A stretch of DNA of 27,133 bases from positions 1 to 27,133 of IMG/VR virus record IMGVR_UViG_3300042339_000486, one strand, 5' to 3'. Shown here piece after piece: positions 9,330-18,647 of this stretch. The DNA comes from a virus. Its lineage: Duplodnaviria; Caudoviricetes. The notes below the pieces were generated by a model, which was not told the origin of the DNA, did not search any database, and was given only the letters and a program-made list of their open reading frames with translations. A program made the position numbers and the translations under genes. How positions within the stretch are numbered: position 1 is the first letter of the stretch; each line of letters opens with the position of its first letter.

Positions 9330-10045
9330 TAGTAACTATCTACGGAAGAGTAGTACGCGCTTCGATCATGCTGAGGCATACCAGTAGAACGAGCGTAACC
9401 GCTTGGCATCATGCGAGTTCCACGGCCCTGACGACCATTTACCCACTTGGTAAACATAGAGTACATAATTTCGTAACGGTTCTGAAGAGCCTGAGAAAGA
9501 GTGACATCCTCGCCAACGGCGTCAGAAAGACGAGCCGCTGCCGCAACGCTAATCATGTGCTGCCACTGGCTAGGAACAGACGAAGGAGAAGATTCCTCAA
9601 CAAGCGGATCGACCACTGTGTCTACAAGAAGAAGCGGGTTCTGCGCGTAGTAAATAATTAGCGAGTCGCCGGTCTGCTGTGAAGCGGGCCACACATACAG
9701 ATTGTCTAGCCCCTGCAAAGCGTACTTGCGGATATACCCGGTCGGGTTTGTAGACGACAATTGGAGAACGGATTCAAGGTCAGACGGCTCAAGGATATAA
9801 CCGTCTGTTTGACCAGCAGCACGATAAATAATGTACTGAATCATTCCAAGATTAGTAATGCCGAACCCCGAAAGGGTGTAAAGATTCTGTCCTTGCGTAA
9901 GCGACTCAACACTATTTGTGCAAAGCAACTGGGCCTGCACAACAAGATCACGGTATGCGTCGTTGACAAAAATGCCCGCAAGCGTGTCGTCTTCAGTGAG
10001 CGCCATGTTCTGAGCGCGAGTCTTCAGATCAGCAAACGTAGCCAT
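9329..10045 (-). CDS. Head-tail adaptor (tubular protein A-like)
   Basis: MATFADLK...FVNDAYRDL...LYVWP...YY...VPSQWQHMI pattern and synteny. Confidence 0.7.
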   Translation of the reverse strand: MATFADLKTRAQNMALTEDDTLAGIFVNDAYRDLVVQAQLLCTNSVESLTQGQNLYTLSGFGITNLGMIQYIIYRAAGQTDGYILEPSDLESVLQLSSTNPTGYIRKYALQGLDNLYVWPASQQTGDSLIIYYAQNPLLLVDTVVDPLVEESSPSSVPSQWQHMISVAAAARLSDAVGEDVTLSQALQNRYEIMYSMFTKWVNGRQGRGTRMMPSGYARSTGMPQHDRSAYYSSVDSY

Positions 10046-10395
10046 TAGTACGCACCATCCTCTGGCTCAAACTCGTCCTTGCCGCGATGCGTAGCATTCG
10101 TCATCTCCATAGAAACCTCGGACTGACAAACAGGACAACGGCCCTTAGTGACGAGAGCCATCAACTCTTCGGCGCTACGAATACCAGCATAGTGGTGCGC
10201 ATGATCGCGCCACACCTTCGCATTACGCGCCTCTGGGGCGGCCGGGAATGGCTCAAGGCAAGAGCCGCAAACCATTCCCAGCCGAATCTGGTCAAAGCCA
10301 TCCTGACTGATATACCACTTAAGCGTGGACTCGTCCGCACCGTGAACAACGTCGGCAGTTTCTTCAGCGTGGGCAGTGACCGGGACTCCAAACAT
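10045..10395 (-). CDS. Hypothetical protein with putative zinc ribbon (CGSC...CPVC)
   Basis: 116 aa, TAATG-coupled on both sides, two CxxC pairs. Confidence 0.65.
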   Translation of the reverse strand: MFGVPVTAHAEETADVVHGADESTLKWYISQDGFDQIRLGMVCGSCLEPFPAAPEARNAKVWRDHAHHYAGIRSAEELMALVTKGRCPVCQSEVSMEMTNATHRGKDEFEPEDGAY

Positions 10396-11087
10396 TAGAC
10401 GACTTCTACCTCAAGCGCCTCTGCCTCTTCAGCATTAGCAGCAATGGTATTTCCGATTGCGGTAAGGGCCGAGATAACGGCGGGGCGGTCAGCGTGAGCC
10501 TTCTCGTAGGCGATCACTGCAGCCACGTCGTAACCATCCTCAACGCACTTTTCAGCGATGGCGTCGGCAACAGTTGCGCCCTTCTTAGCGCGAATCTTGT
10601 TGTAGTTCGGCCACGGAGGAGCAACTTCGATTGCGTCAACCTTGACGTACCAGACGCCATTGTCGGCATTCTCCAAGAGCGTAGATTCGGCTTCCTTACG
10701 ATCATCAAGGTCGTCGATCCACTCAGTGTCGAACAGGCTGAAGTTAAAGTCGGGTCGCGATGCGTTGCTTACACCAGAAATGCGACCAACGCCGTCCTGA
10801 ATTACAATGCCGCGCTGATAAGGGACAGCGCCAAAGATGTCGGCGGCAGACGTACCGCTTGCATTGACGCGCTCGGGATCTGTGCGCGAGGTTGCCTGAC
10901 CAGACCAATGCAGCAGGGCCGCGTAGTTCTCGTCGGGGTAAGCCATGCCATGCTTAAACTCAACGATAAGCGCAGGCTTCTTAATATTGCGTGGGATCAT
11001 CGTGCCGTTGGCGGTTTCAAAAACCTCGTACTCGGTCTCGCCTCGGACGATGAACGTGTAGTTAGCGGAGCGGCTAACAAATCGCAT
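10395..11087 (-). CDS. Hypothetical protein downstream of the major capsid gene
   Basis: 230 aa with purine-rich RBS. C-terminal PPWPNY..I...YEK.H.DRPAVI helical domain. Confidence 0.7.
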   Translation of the reverse strand: MRFVSRSANYTFIVRGETEYEVFETANGTMIPRNIKKPALIVEFKHGMAYPDENYAALLHWSGQATSRTDPERVNASGTSAADIFGAVPYQRGIVIQDGVGRISGVSNASRPDFNFSLFDTEWIDDLDDRKEAESTLLENADNGVWYVKVDAIEVAPPWPNYNKIRAKKGATVADAIAEKCVEDGYDVAAVIAYEKAHADRPAVISALTAIGNTIAANAEEAEALEVEVV

Positions 11088-11110
11088 GTGAGTGTTCTCT
11101 CTTTCTGTAA

Positions 11111-11160
11111 GACAAAGGAGCCTCTGGTACTACAATTAGATTGTAGCGCCAGAGGCTCCT
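11111..11160 (-). terminator. Stem-loop after the capsid gene (probable intrinsic terminator or attenuator)
   Basis: 12-bp inverted repeat AGGAGCCTCTGG/CCAGAGGCTCCT (11116-11160) with an inner CTACAA/TTGTAG stem and a short U tract on the minus strand. It is preceded by a CCACC-UUCG-GGUGG hairpin (11167-11180). Confidence 0.65.
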
Positions 11161-11186
11161 GATGACCACCCGAAGGTGGCGACTAA

Positions 11187-12350
11187 CTATGCGTAACCGG
11201 TCACGCCGCGAAGGATCGCGTGATTCTGCTCAACGCCGACCTGCAGCGAGAACTCGGTCAGGTACTCCTGAATCGTCGAATCCCGGTCGGGAGCCTGACG
11301 GTTCGGGAGCAGCACCGTCTTGCGCAGCGGGCGCATGACGACGTCGTCCATGTCAACCAGCACGGCCCACGAGCCGATCTGATTGCTTGCCGTGGAGAAG
11401 TCAAGCCAATCACGCTTCTCAACGATCTTGACGGTACCACCATTGGCACCACGATACTCCATCAGCGACACACCGTACGACTTCACGTCGGACGACGGGA
11501 GCGCCAACTTGCCCTGCGGGAACGAGGACAGAGCCGACACGACCAGCGGCGAGGCGAAGAGCACCTTGTTCCGCGAACCGTAACGGAAACCCGTGCGGAG
11601 GAACGTAGCAAAACCGCTCTCCGAGAGGTTGCCACCAACGGTGGTGATGTTGGACGAGATGAAGTCGGCAAGGCCGCCACAGAAACCCGTGGGGGACGCG
11701 CCAGTAGCAAGGTCGCGCTGACCGAAGAACAGCGTGTTCTCAATCTGGCGACGATGCTCCATCATCTTCTTCTTGGCCTCGTACTGCGGCTCGTTGCCAC
11801 CATACAGATCCGACTGGATCAGCGTGTTGGTAAAGCCGAGCGGGTCGCGCTGGATCTGGCAGTAGTTGTAGTTAGCAACCTGCTGCGTCATGCGGATGTC
11901 GCCAAGCGTTGCGCCCTCAGACGAAGCGTTACCAATCTTGATAACGTCCGTTGCGGTCGAAACAGCCGAAGCGGCAACCGAACCAATGCTACGAGTGACC
12001 GTGAGGACATCCGTAGCGATGCTGGTGACCTTGACGTTCTCGCCGTTTGCAAGGCGGAGAATGTCGTTGGGACGGAAATACGCACCCGTGCCAGTAGCAA
12101 CGGTGATGGTCGTGTCGCCAATCAGAACAGCGGCGGCCAGCGTCGTCAGACGCGGAACCAACTGATCCGAAAGCCACTCAACCTTCTGGGACTTCGCGGG
12201 ACGCGAAGACACCTGCGAAAGCATGACAGTAAACGGAGCGTCGTCCGGCTCCAACTGCTTGATAACAGGATCCATGTCAACGACACGGCGGGCCTGCAAA
12301 AGGGTGGATACATCGTCACTGACGACTCCACTAACAACGGTAACAGGCAT
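11187..12350 (-). CDS. Major capsid protein (resembles SU10/DUF5309-type HK97 fold)
   Basis: 387 aa with AGGAGG RBS. KVEWLSD, NYCQIQR, IENTLFFG and EFSLQV..EQNHA motifs. Follows the scaffold gene. Confidence 0.9.
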   Translation of the reverse strand: MPVTVVSGVVSDDVSTLLQARRVVDMDPVIKQLEPDDAPFTVMLSQVSSRPAKSQKVEWLSDQLVPRLTTLAAAVLIGDTTITVATGTGAYFRPNDILRLANGENVKVTSIATDVLTVTRSIGSVAASAVSTATDVIKIGNASSEGATLGDIRMTQQVANYNYCQIQRDPLGFTNTLIQSDLYGGNEPQYEAKKKMMEHRRQIENTLFFGQRDLATGASPTGFCGGLADFISSNITTVGGNLSESGFATFLRTGFRYGSRNKVLFASPLVVSALSSFPQGKLALPSSDVKSYGVSLMEYRGANGGTVKIVEKRDWLDFSTASNQIGSWAVLVDMDDVVMRPLRKTVLLPNRQAPDRDSTIQEYLTEFSLQVGVEQNHAILRGVTGYA

Positions 12351-12431
12351 AGCCCGAACCTCCTACTTTGGTTTTCATTTTGAATCTGGTCGAAAACCCT
12401 AGTGGGGTGTCGCTCTGGTCAGGCGGCCCGC

Positions 12432-13271
12432 TTAGGCGTTGAGAATCATGTTCCGAATCAAGTCGTCTGCCTCATCACTACCAAGGTCTGCGGGGTTTGT
12501 CGTATTCCGCGTACTGACCATTGGAGCCTGAGCGATTTCTTGATCGGGGACAATCATCCCCTGATTACGCATGGCAGTCTGATATTCGTGCCACTTAATA
12601 ATCCCTACAATTGTACCAATTCCTTCGGCTAGCGCAACCGGGTCAGTCTCACTGCCCGGAGGAATGATGCCACTAACGTCACGCTCATCAATAAACTGTT
12701 CGACGCGCTCCTGATACTCGTCATAATCCGGCACGGCGTCAACGATCATTTCGTAAGCGTCCATCATCACGGCGCGCTCATGCTGCTCAAGCAGCGGCAT
12801 CGTCATGTCCGCCAACTGGTCGCGCTCAGTGTTCAGGCGCTGCTCCATGAAGTACTGGGTTGCCTCCCACGGCTTCTGCGTCCACCAATGCTCAAGCACC
12901 GCATTAGCAAGATCATCTGGAAGCCGATCACTATTGCTCAGCACCCACATTGCAGCGTTTGACGGATCCTGCTCAGCAAACGACACAACCTCGGCCTCAG
13001 TCGTAGGCTCCTGACCAAAGTACTGGGGAGCAGCGGGCTGCTCATACTCTGGCTCGGGGTCGGGCTGGCGCGACTCGTGAAACTTACGCTGCAACTCTAG
13101 GTAAGCATTCTCAAGATCATCAGCATTCTGGTACTTGCCAGCAAATACGCGAGAATCTTCCTCTTCGCTCTGCTCGGCAACCGGATGCTCCTCAACGGGC
13201 TGGTCGTCCAGAGGCTCTTCGTCTACCTGAGCCGCTCGGATCGTCTCCATCAGGATGTCATCGTCAGACAC
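12432..13271 (-). CDS. Capsid scaffolding protein
   Basis: Acidic 279-aa protein with FAGKYQNADDLENAYLELQRK motif, directly upstream of the capsid gene. Confidence 0.8.
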   Translation of the reverse strand: MSDDDILMETIRAAQVDEEPLDDQPVEEHPVAEQSEEEDSRVFAGKYQNADDLENAYLELQRKFHESRQPDPEPEYEQPAAPQYFGQEPTTEAEVVSFAEQDPSNAAMWVLSNSDRLPDDLANAVLEHWWTQKPWEATQYFMEQRLNTERDQLADMTMPLLEQHERAVMMDAYEMIVDAVPDYDEYQERVEQFIDERDVSGIIPPGSETDPVALAEGIGTIVGIIKWHEYQTAMRNQGMIVPDQEIAQAPMVSTRNTTNPADLGSDEADDLIRNMILNA

Positions 13272-13464
13272 TGTTTAGTCTCCTTGACTTTAGTTTGATG
13301 ACGAAATCAAGTCCTTTGACTTCGCCACTTAGTCGCAAGTAATCCTCGTAACTAAGATTATCGTACACCATCTGGCGCAAAAGCACATCTTTACGGCGCG
13401 TAAGTTCTTCTTCTACCGCAACCCAACTTGTCTGACTCAACAAGGAGTCAAGCAGATTGCTCAT
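13264..13464 (-). CDS. Small portal-adjacent protein
   Basis: 66 aa, ATGA overlap with the portal gene. YEDYLRLSGEVKGL motif is common in small podovirus head-module proteins. Confidence 0.7.
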   Translation of the reverse strand: MSNLLDSLLSQTSWVAVEEELTRRKDVLLRQMVYDNLSYEDYLRLSGEVKGLDFVIKLKSRRLNSV

Positions 13465-15200
13465 GCGGCCTCAGGGGGTGGCACGGCGGCACCGGCCTCA
13501 GCGTTAGCCTCGGGAGCAGCAGCAGGCATACCGCCCTGCCCTCCTCCAGCAGCCATTGCCTCGGGTGTCGGTGCCGCCGCCGCCCCTCCACCGCCGACCA
13601 GTTGCGGGGCGGGCATCGTGGGAGGCTCTTCCTTGAAGTACTTGGAAGGTTCCTCACTAAACGCTTCGGTGACATCCTCTACAACCTTCTTCAGGTCAAG
13701 AGTGATGCCAGCCTGCTGCATAAGCATATAGTTAGCAGTCAAAAAGTTAGCCTTGGCAAGGGCTTCGGCGCGCTTCTCCTGCCGAATAAGAGACTCTGCC
13801 GCGTCCTCCACGACATACTCATACTTACCCTGAAGCATCGCCGGATTAGCGGCCTTCCACTCAATAGCCGCAGCGCCACGATCAATACGGATAGCGACGT
13901 TGGGGGGAAGCAACTGCTGGTTCAAAGCAATCTGCTGCTCGCCGACGCGCTTGAGAGCAAATAGGATCTGCTGCTTCATGCGCATGATGCGCTTTGTTGC
14001 CATGTTCTGGATAATGCTAATACCGGTGGCGGTGCTCTGATCCATCTGCGAATTAGAAGCGCCGCTCAGGTAGGCGACAGCGCCACTGAGGTTCTGCAGG
14101 TCGCCCTTGAGCAACTCTTCTGCCTGAACGGTAGGCCCAATGATGCTGGTGGCGGGCTGCCACGCTTGAATCTGATCGGGACGAGCGCGAAGAATGCCGC
14201 CCGGCATAAGGCGAAAGTCCTGCTGCTCGGCGGACGGATCAACAAACACGGCAGCGTTTGACATGAAACGAGTGTTGTCAATGCGATGGTTCTGCATCTC
14301 CCACAACGCTGCCTGAATATCAGCAATCATTTCGACAACGCTATGCCCGGCGAGTTCAAACAGGCTAGGCATTGGCGAGGCGGTAACAAATGGGAACTCG
14401 CCATGCCAGAACGGGCTGCACTCGTGACGCAGGATCGTGCCACGATTAGCGATAGTGGTGAGGTAAATCTCGTCACCCTCACGGTGCCACCACTCAATAA
14501 CTTCAACGCGGCCCTTGCGCTTGTTAGCGTTAGTTCCTTCAAACTCGCTAGACGCGCCATCACTAATCTCGTCAACGTTTTCGTAGACGCCACTAGCCTT
14601 GAGTGACTTCTTGTTTTCGTACGTCACATGGAAAACTTCGGAAGCATCGTCAATAGAATGCGCCGTCGGATCCCACAAGAACTGCTTAGCATCGATGACA
14701 ACAAAGCCGGGCTGCTGGCGATACGGTACGCGAGTCTCCGTGACCTTGCCAATCATCTGCGAACCAAACGGCGAGGGCTGAAAATCTCGCTGCTTTACCT
14801 TGCGCCACTCTTCGCGCCAAGTAATCTTGCCTACCGTAAAGCCACGGATAAGTGCCTGCAGAACAAATGGCACCAACTTTTCGTGATAACGATCAGCCTC
14901 GCGCTGCTGGTTGAGCAGGTGCTCGTGCAGGTTGGCGGACTCGTCATTTGCGGGCTGGGCGGAGAGAACTTTGGCGCGCTGATTCTCATCAATCATGTTG
15001 CTGGCGAGCAACTCAATGATCTGCATGACGTATGGCGGGTGCAGATCACTCTGCCAATCATCGTCGCGCGGCTTTAGGACAGCGTTATAGGCGTCGTCGC
15101 ACTTCTCGTACTTGTTTACGCGAGCGGTGTGTGGTGCTTTTGCAGAGTCGAAACACTTGTTGAATCGCGCAAGCAATTCTCGCTCGTCGTAAGGCTCCAT
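13461..15200 (-). CDS. Portal protein (P22/SU10-like; start revised to MEPYDER)
   Basis: PFWHGEFPFV, GHSVVEMIADIQ and STATGISII motifs, size about 580 aa, and synteny. The track start at 15254 overlaps the upstream gene. Confidence 0.9.
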   Translation of the reverse strand: MEPYDERELLARFNKCFDSAKAPHTARVNKYEKCDDAYNAVLKPRDDDWQSDLHPPYVMQIIELLASNMIDENQRAKVLSAQPANDESANLHEHLLNQQREADRYHEKLVPFVLQALIRGFTVGKITWREEWRKVKQRDFQPSPFGSQMIGKVTETRVPYRQQPGFVVIDAKQFLWDPTAHSIDDASEVFHVTYENKKSLKASGVYENVDEISDGASSEFEGTNANKRKGRVEVIEWWHREGDEIYLTTIANRGTILRHECSPFWHGEFPFVTASPMPSLFELAGHSVVEMIADIQAALWEMQNHRIDNTRFMSNAAVFVDPSAEQQDFRLMPGGILRARPDQIQAWQPATSIIGPTVQAEELLKGDLQNLSGAVAYLSGASNSQMDQSTATGISIIQNMATKRIMRMKQQILFALKRVGEQQIALNQQLLPPNVAIRIDRGAAAIEWKAANPAMLQGKYEYVVEDAAESLIRQEKRAEALAKANFLTANYMLMQQAGITLDLKKVVEDVTEAFSEEPSKYFKEEPPTMPAPQLVGGGGAAAAPTPEAMAAGGGQGGMPAAAPEANAEAGAAVPPPEAA

Positions 15201-15204
15201 ATTT

Positions 15205-15480
15205 TTAGTATAGAGCAATAACGGTTGCTGCGTCCGTGCCAGTAGCGCGGACACGGGTAACGCGAAGCGGAGTCACAACGCCTGTGCGAATAGGGATTGT
15301 GACGGCAGCCGTGTCGCCCATGAGGATAACGCTGACCATTGCATGCTGCAGAGTTGCGTGGTCAACGATAATTGCGCGAGTCGTTTCCACGAGATCCGTG
15401 GAGTTGTTTGGCGTGACGGCAAGAGCGCGAGAGTAGGACGGTAGCGAAGCGTCTTTGGCTTGGAAATTGTTGATGGGCAT
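15205..15480 (-). CDS. Head spike base protein-like (resembles RcGTA Rcc01079 family)
   Basis: AVTPNNSTDL..TRAI...PLRVTRVRATGTDAATVIALY matches the family pattern as recalled. Confidence 0.7.
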   Translation of the reverse strand: MPINNFQAKDASLPSYSRALAVTPNNSTDLVETTRAIIVDHATLQHAMVSVILMGDTAAVTIPIRTGVVTPLRVTRVRATGTDAATVIALY

Positions 15481-15484
15481 CTAA

Positions 15485-16000
15485 TTATCCAATCTTTCGA
15501 ATCACAATACAATGCGGATCGTAACTACCGTACGGTGCCCACACTCCGGTTACGGCAGACGATACTTTGATGTTGATTGCTGTTGCAGCGGGCAGGGAAC
15601 CAGTAAAATGAAGATTTACGGTTTTTCCACCATTAAATGTTTCATAGAAATTGGCGTACCGACGAGAGTTCGCAACGTTGTTGATGTAAACGTTTGTCAG
15701 TCCACTGGATGTGTTGCTAATTGTGGCAGTAAAAAAGATTTCGTAGATACCCGTCTGCGTAAGCGTAATATCTGTTCCGCTACGGGTTGCGCCAGTTGTT
15801 ACAAGATCTGTCCAATTGCCAAGTGTTGGAGCCGTTGTAAACAGATTTGCCTGATCTGATGTGGCTGCAAATACAACATCGCTTCCACCACTGTTTGCCT
15901 TCAGGTAAACAAGGTTGTCGATAACGTTCGTGTTAAGAAACGCCTCGTTATCAGCAATTTCCATGCTGTTCGGATAACGGGTGGGGTCGGTCCAAGCCAT
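15485..16000 (-). CDS. Putative head fibre / minor virion protein
   Basis: MAWTDP...LNTNVIDNLVYLK N-terminus and a beta-rich C-terminal domain (QTGIYEIFF). Adjacent to the spike base gene. Confidence 0.5.
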   Translation of the reverse strand: MAWTDPTRYPNSMEIADNEAFLNTNVIDNLVYLKANSGGSDVVFAATSDQANLFTTAPTLGNWTDLVTTGATRSGTDITLTQTGIYEIFFTATISNTSSGLTNVYINNVANSRRYANFYETFNGGKTVNLHFTGSLPAATAINIKVSSAVTGVWAPYGSYDPHCIVIRKIG

Positions 16001-16341
16001 TAGTACATCTCCTCATTCTGATCCTCAGCCATACCAGACGGAGACTCTTCGTTTTCCATCATGCCCTCTTCACCCATCGACTGGGGAAGCGGCTCAGTAC
16101 GAGCAGCGGCACCAGCCGGATTAGGCATCGGCATCATGCTGACAAGGCGGAGGATCTGCTGCTTCATAGCCTCACGAAGCATCATCTGCTGCTGCTGCTG
16201 CATGCCGAGCGCCTGCTGCTGCTGCTGCGAAAGCATTGCGAGCGGGCCGAGCATCTGCGTTGCGGGGGCTGGCTCCATGCCGGGTGCGCCCATTGCGGGG
16301 CCGGGCATCGGTGCGCCTTCTGCGGGGGGCATGATACCCAT
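16000..16341 (-). CDS. Met/Pro/Gln-rich low-complexity protein
   Basis: 113 aa with poly-Q tracts, TAATG-coupled on both sides. Confidence 0.7.
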   Translation of the reverse strand: MGIMPPAEGAPMPGPAMGAPGMEPAPATQMLGPLAMLSQQQQQALGMQQQQQMMLREAMKQQILRLVSMMPMPNPAGAAARTEPLPQSMGEEGMMENEESPSGMAEDQNEEMY

Positions 16342-16463
16342 TAGCGCATTCCCTGCGAGTACTTCTTCAAGAAATTCTTGACAGCATTGGGACGGACGTT
16401 AGTGGAAGCGGCTGCCTTGGTCGGCTTCGGCTTCTTCTTCATTGGCGCTGGACGCTTCGGCAT
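16341..16463 (-). CDS. Very small basic protein (40 aa; absent from the ORF track)
   Basis: MPKRPAPMKKKPKPTKAAASTNVRPNAVKNFLKKYSQGMR. GGAGAG RBS; the stop overlaps the next ATG (TAATG). Confidence 0.7.
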   Translation of the reverse strand: MPKRPAPMKKKPKPTKAAASTNVRPNAVKNFLKKYSQGMR

Positions 16464-16517
16464 TGTTTTCTCTCCGGCCTTTAGTGGCCATTTTCTGGGA
16501 GGCTATTAAGCATACCC

Positions 16518-16535
16518 TAAAAGTATATCAGTAGT
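16518..16535 (-). promoter_or_regulatory. Putative extended -10 promoter for head genes
   Basis: The minus strand reads CTGaTATACT in an AT-rich intergenic gap. Confidence 0.45.
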
Positions 16536-16543
16536 ATTACCGA

Positions 16544-16825
16544 CTAGCAGTCCCACGCCCGCAACGACTTATTGATTCGACTGTTCGGATCGTTTGCCGT
16601 CTTGGCGCTAGTCAACTTTTTCTTCATTCCCATCATGCGATCACAGAATGAGCGCCTGCGCGCTGCGTGTTCTGGTGATCGTGCCGCTTGGGCGCGCTTG
16701 ACGGGAGGCTTGAGGCCGGGCTTGCCGGGGTTTTGTCTGTTGTACGATGCTCTGCCAGCAGCGTTTAGCCCACCGGATGGGTTTTTTCCTTCTTTGCGCT
16801 GCCAAGCATCACTACTGTTAGACAT
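16544..16825 (-). CDS. DUF6321-like small basic phage protein
   Basis: AWQRKEGKNPSGGLNAAGRASY...RRRSFCDRM.GMKKKLTSAKTANDPNSRINKSLRAWDC is a widespread aquatic-phage family signature. Confidence 0.8.
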   Translation of the reverse strand: MSNSSDAWQRKEGKNPSGGLNAAGRASYNRQNPGKPGLKPPVKRAQAARSPEHAARRRSFCDRMMGMKKKLTSAKTANDPNSRINKSLRAWDC

Positions 16826-16837
16826 ATAAAAACTTTA

Positions 16838-18451
16838 TCATACGCGCGGTGCGCGCTTTGTAATCGTTGTAGAACTTTTTCTACGCTGTGGCGGGCGAAG
16901 ATCAATCGGCCTGTACATCGTTTCCTGCATAACAGCAAAAGCGCCGCCAGCAGCCATCACCATATCGTCGTGGCACCCATAATCAGCGCCTTCGCGGCCA
17001 CGCTTGTCGTAAACAAACGTTTTCAACTCGTCAATCAGACGTTCACTGCAGATTGTTTCGGGATGATCACGAATTTGTGCTTGTAGTGCGCTTAGCATGC
17101 GGGGCCGGGTGGACTGGTTAGTGTTCCAACCAATTTTTCGGTCAAGATCCGGGCGCGTACTGTTGACATGCTTGGGTCTGTACAGATTCGGATAGTTAAA
17201 CGTAGTGGTTAGCATTAGAAGTACTGCTTGGCCCATGCTGTTGCGCTCTACTGCTAGTAGCGCCTTGTTATAGGTGTGTGCGATGCGGCCGAGTTCTTCT
17301 GCGTACTCGTCTAGTGCTGGTCTTCCGTGAAATTCTGCACAGATTTGACCATTTTCTGCATCAATGACTACTGCTGCTGCGTAATCCGACCCGTCTGTGG
17401 AGTCGTAATTTGTTACACGGGATTGAAAAGTGTCTTCTGTAACACTTCCGGCCACGTCGGCAAAAACTATGTAGCGCCTGTCCTTGACTGGGGCGTGGTA
17501 GATCTTTACTGGCCCGCTTGTGTCTTCGTAGAAGCGTACCGTGCCGCCCTTGACGGGCTGGCCGAGCATGCGGCCCTTCTTTTTAGGCTCAATGTATTGG
17601 AGTTTCTGCATGAACTGGAAGAATTGGCGGCCCGTTGTTTCCGCGAAGTCTCCTAGTACGCGGATTTTGTATGCGGGAGAGTCAACGCCCCACTGGATTG
17701 CTGCGTCAGATGCCCATTCTGGTGTTACGAGTGCTCGCGCAGCGTTTTCGTGTACTTCTTCTCCGGTAAAGTTGGGAGAGTCGAATGCGCTAATATGTAC
17801 TCTATGCCACCCAGAATCTGGTTTGAACGCTCGGTAGAACGTTCCAGTAGTACGGGTCGGGTTTCCGATAAGAAGGACGCGAGCGCCGTCGGCGGTGAGG
17901 AATCCTTCGGAGGCTTCGTAGATGGCGTCATCTACACCACTCGCCTCATCAACTACCAAGAGCATTCGGGGGGCGTGGTGGCCTTGAAAACGTTCCGGGG
18001 TGTCAGTGGACAGTCCGATGGCAAACCAGTCTGGGGCTACTTCAAGTTGCGTCTTGAAAAGTTTTCCAAAGGCGGGGTCAATATGTCGATGACGCTGAGC
18101 AATTTCTCGCCAGAGCAACTGTTCGACCTGTGACCATGTCGGCGCAGTCGTGATTACGCGACATGGCCCTTGCAACATGAACTCTAGGACGACGGCTGCG
18201 GCTACTGCTGTCTTGCCAGAGCCGTGGCAGGATCGTACTGCGGTGCGCTTGTTGTCTCGTACGCTGCGGATGACTTCCCATTGTTTGCTCCATGGCTGCA
18301 TGCCTAGGAGGTTGGGGTATATCCAGTCGGGATCTAAAAGGATTTTTTTTCGTAGGTCGAACTGGTCTTCGGGTACGTCGTTGACGATGCGCTTTTTGGT
18401 TCCTGCGCGGGGTTTGCGGCGTTTTTCTTGTGCGTCGATTTGGCGCGACAC
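16838..18451 (-). CDS. terL: Terminase large subunit
   Basis: Walker A HGSGKT, Walker B LLVVDEASG, LLIGNP coupling motif, and nuclease motifs FADVA and HDDMVMA. Confidence 0.95.
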   Translation of the reverse strand: MSRQIDAQEKRRKPRAGTKKRIVNDVPEDQFDLRKKILLDPDWIYPNLLGMQPWSKQWEVIRSVRDNKRTAVRSCHGSGKTAVAAAVVLEFMLQGPCRVITTAPTWSQVEQLLWREIAQRHRHIDPAFGKLFKTQLEVAPDWFAIGLSTDTPERFQGHHAPRMLLVVDEASGVDDAIYEASEGFLTADGARVLLIGNPTRTTGTFYRAFKPDSGWHRVHISAFDSPNFTGEEVHENAARALVTPEWASDAAIQWGVDSPAYKIRVLGDFAETTGRQFFQFMQKLQYIEPKKKGRMLGQPVKGGTVRFYEDTSGPVKIYHAPVKDRRYIVFADVAGSVTEDTFQSRVTNYDSTDGSDYAAAVVIDAENGQICAEFHGRPALDEYAEELGRIAHTYNKALLAVERNSMGQAVLLMLTTTFNYPNLYRPKHVNSTRPDLDRKIGWNTNQSTRPRMLSALQAQIRDHPETICSERLIDELKTFVYDKRGREGADYGCHDDMVMAAGGAFAVMQETMYRPIDLRPPQRRKSSTTITKRAPRV

Positions 18452-18452
18452 G

Positions 18453-18647
18453 TTATGTCCTGTCTATTTCCGGGGTGGTGGAAATACTGAGGCAACCGTT
18501 TTCGTCGGGTATTAGGTAATAGTTTTTTCCCTTGGGCGGGGAGGGTTCGTCTTGTGCGTTTAGCCATTTGAGAAAGAGGTCAAAGTAGTCATTCTCGTCG
18601 CCCGGGTCGCGATTGGTGTGGAATGGTTCAGTCATTGATTTGTACAC
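18453..18647 (-). CDS. Small hypothetical protein between the terminase subunits
   Basis: 64-aa ORF fills the gap. The true start may be the second Met (18635, ATGA-type overlap region). Confidence 0.55.
   Translation of the reverse strand: MYKSMTEPFHTNRDPGDENDYFDLFLKWLNAQDEPSPPKGKNYYLIPDENGCLSISTTPEIDRT

Noticed and set aside
11159-11186. CTGATGA followed by a hairpin, resembling a second hammerhead
   Set aside because: The stem is followed by CGACTA rather than GAAA, there is no stem III, and it is antisense to the late mRNA. It is better explained as a cUUCGg hairpin on the minus strand.
11220-12383. 387-aa plus-strand ORF opposite the capsid gene (likewise 23205-24161 opposite DUF932)
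   Set aside because: Mirror-frame ORFs produced by biased codon usage in GC-rich genes.
16399-16491. Alternative 30-aa minus-strand ORF MATKGRRENN...
   Set aside because: It lacks an RBS. The overlapping 40-aa frame has GGAGAG and TAATG coupling, so that frame is preferred.
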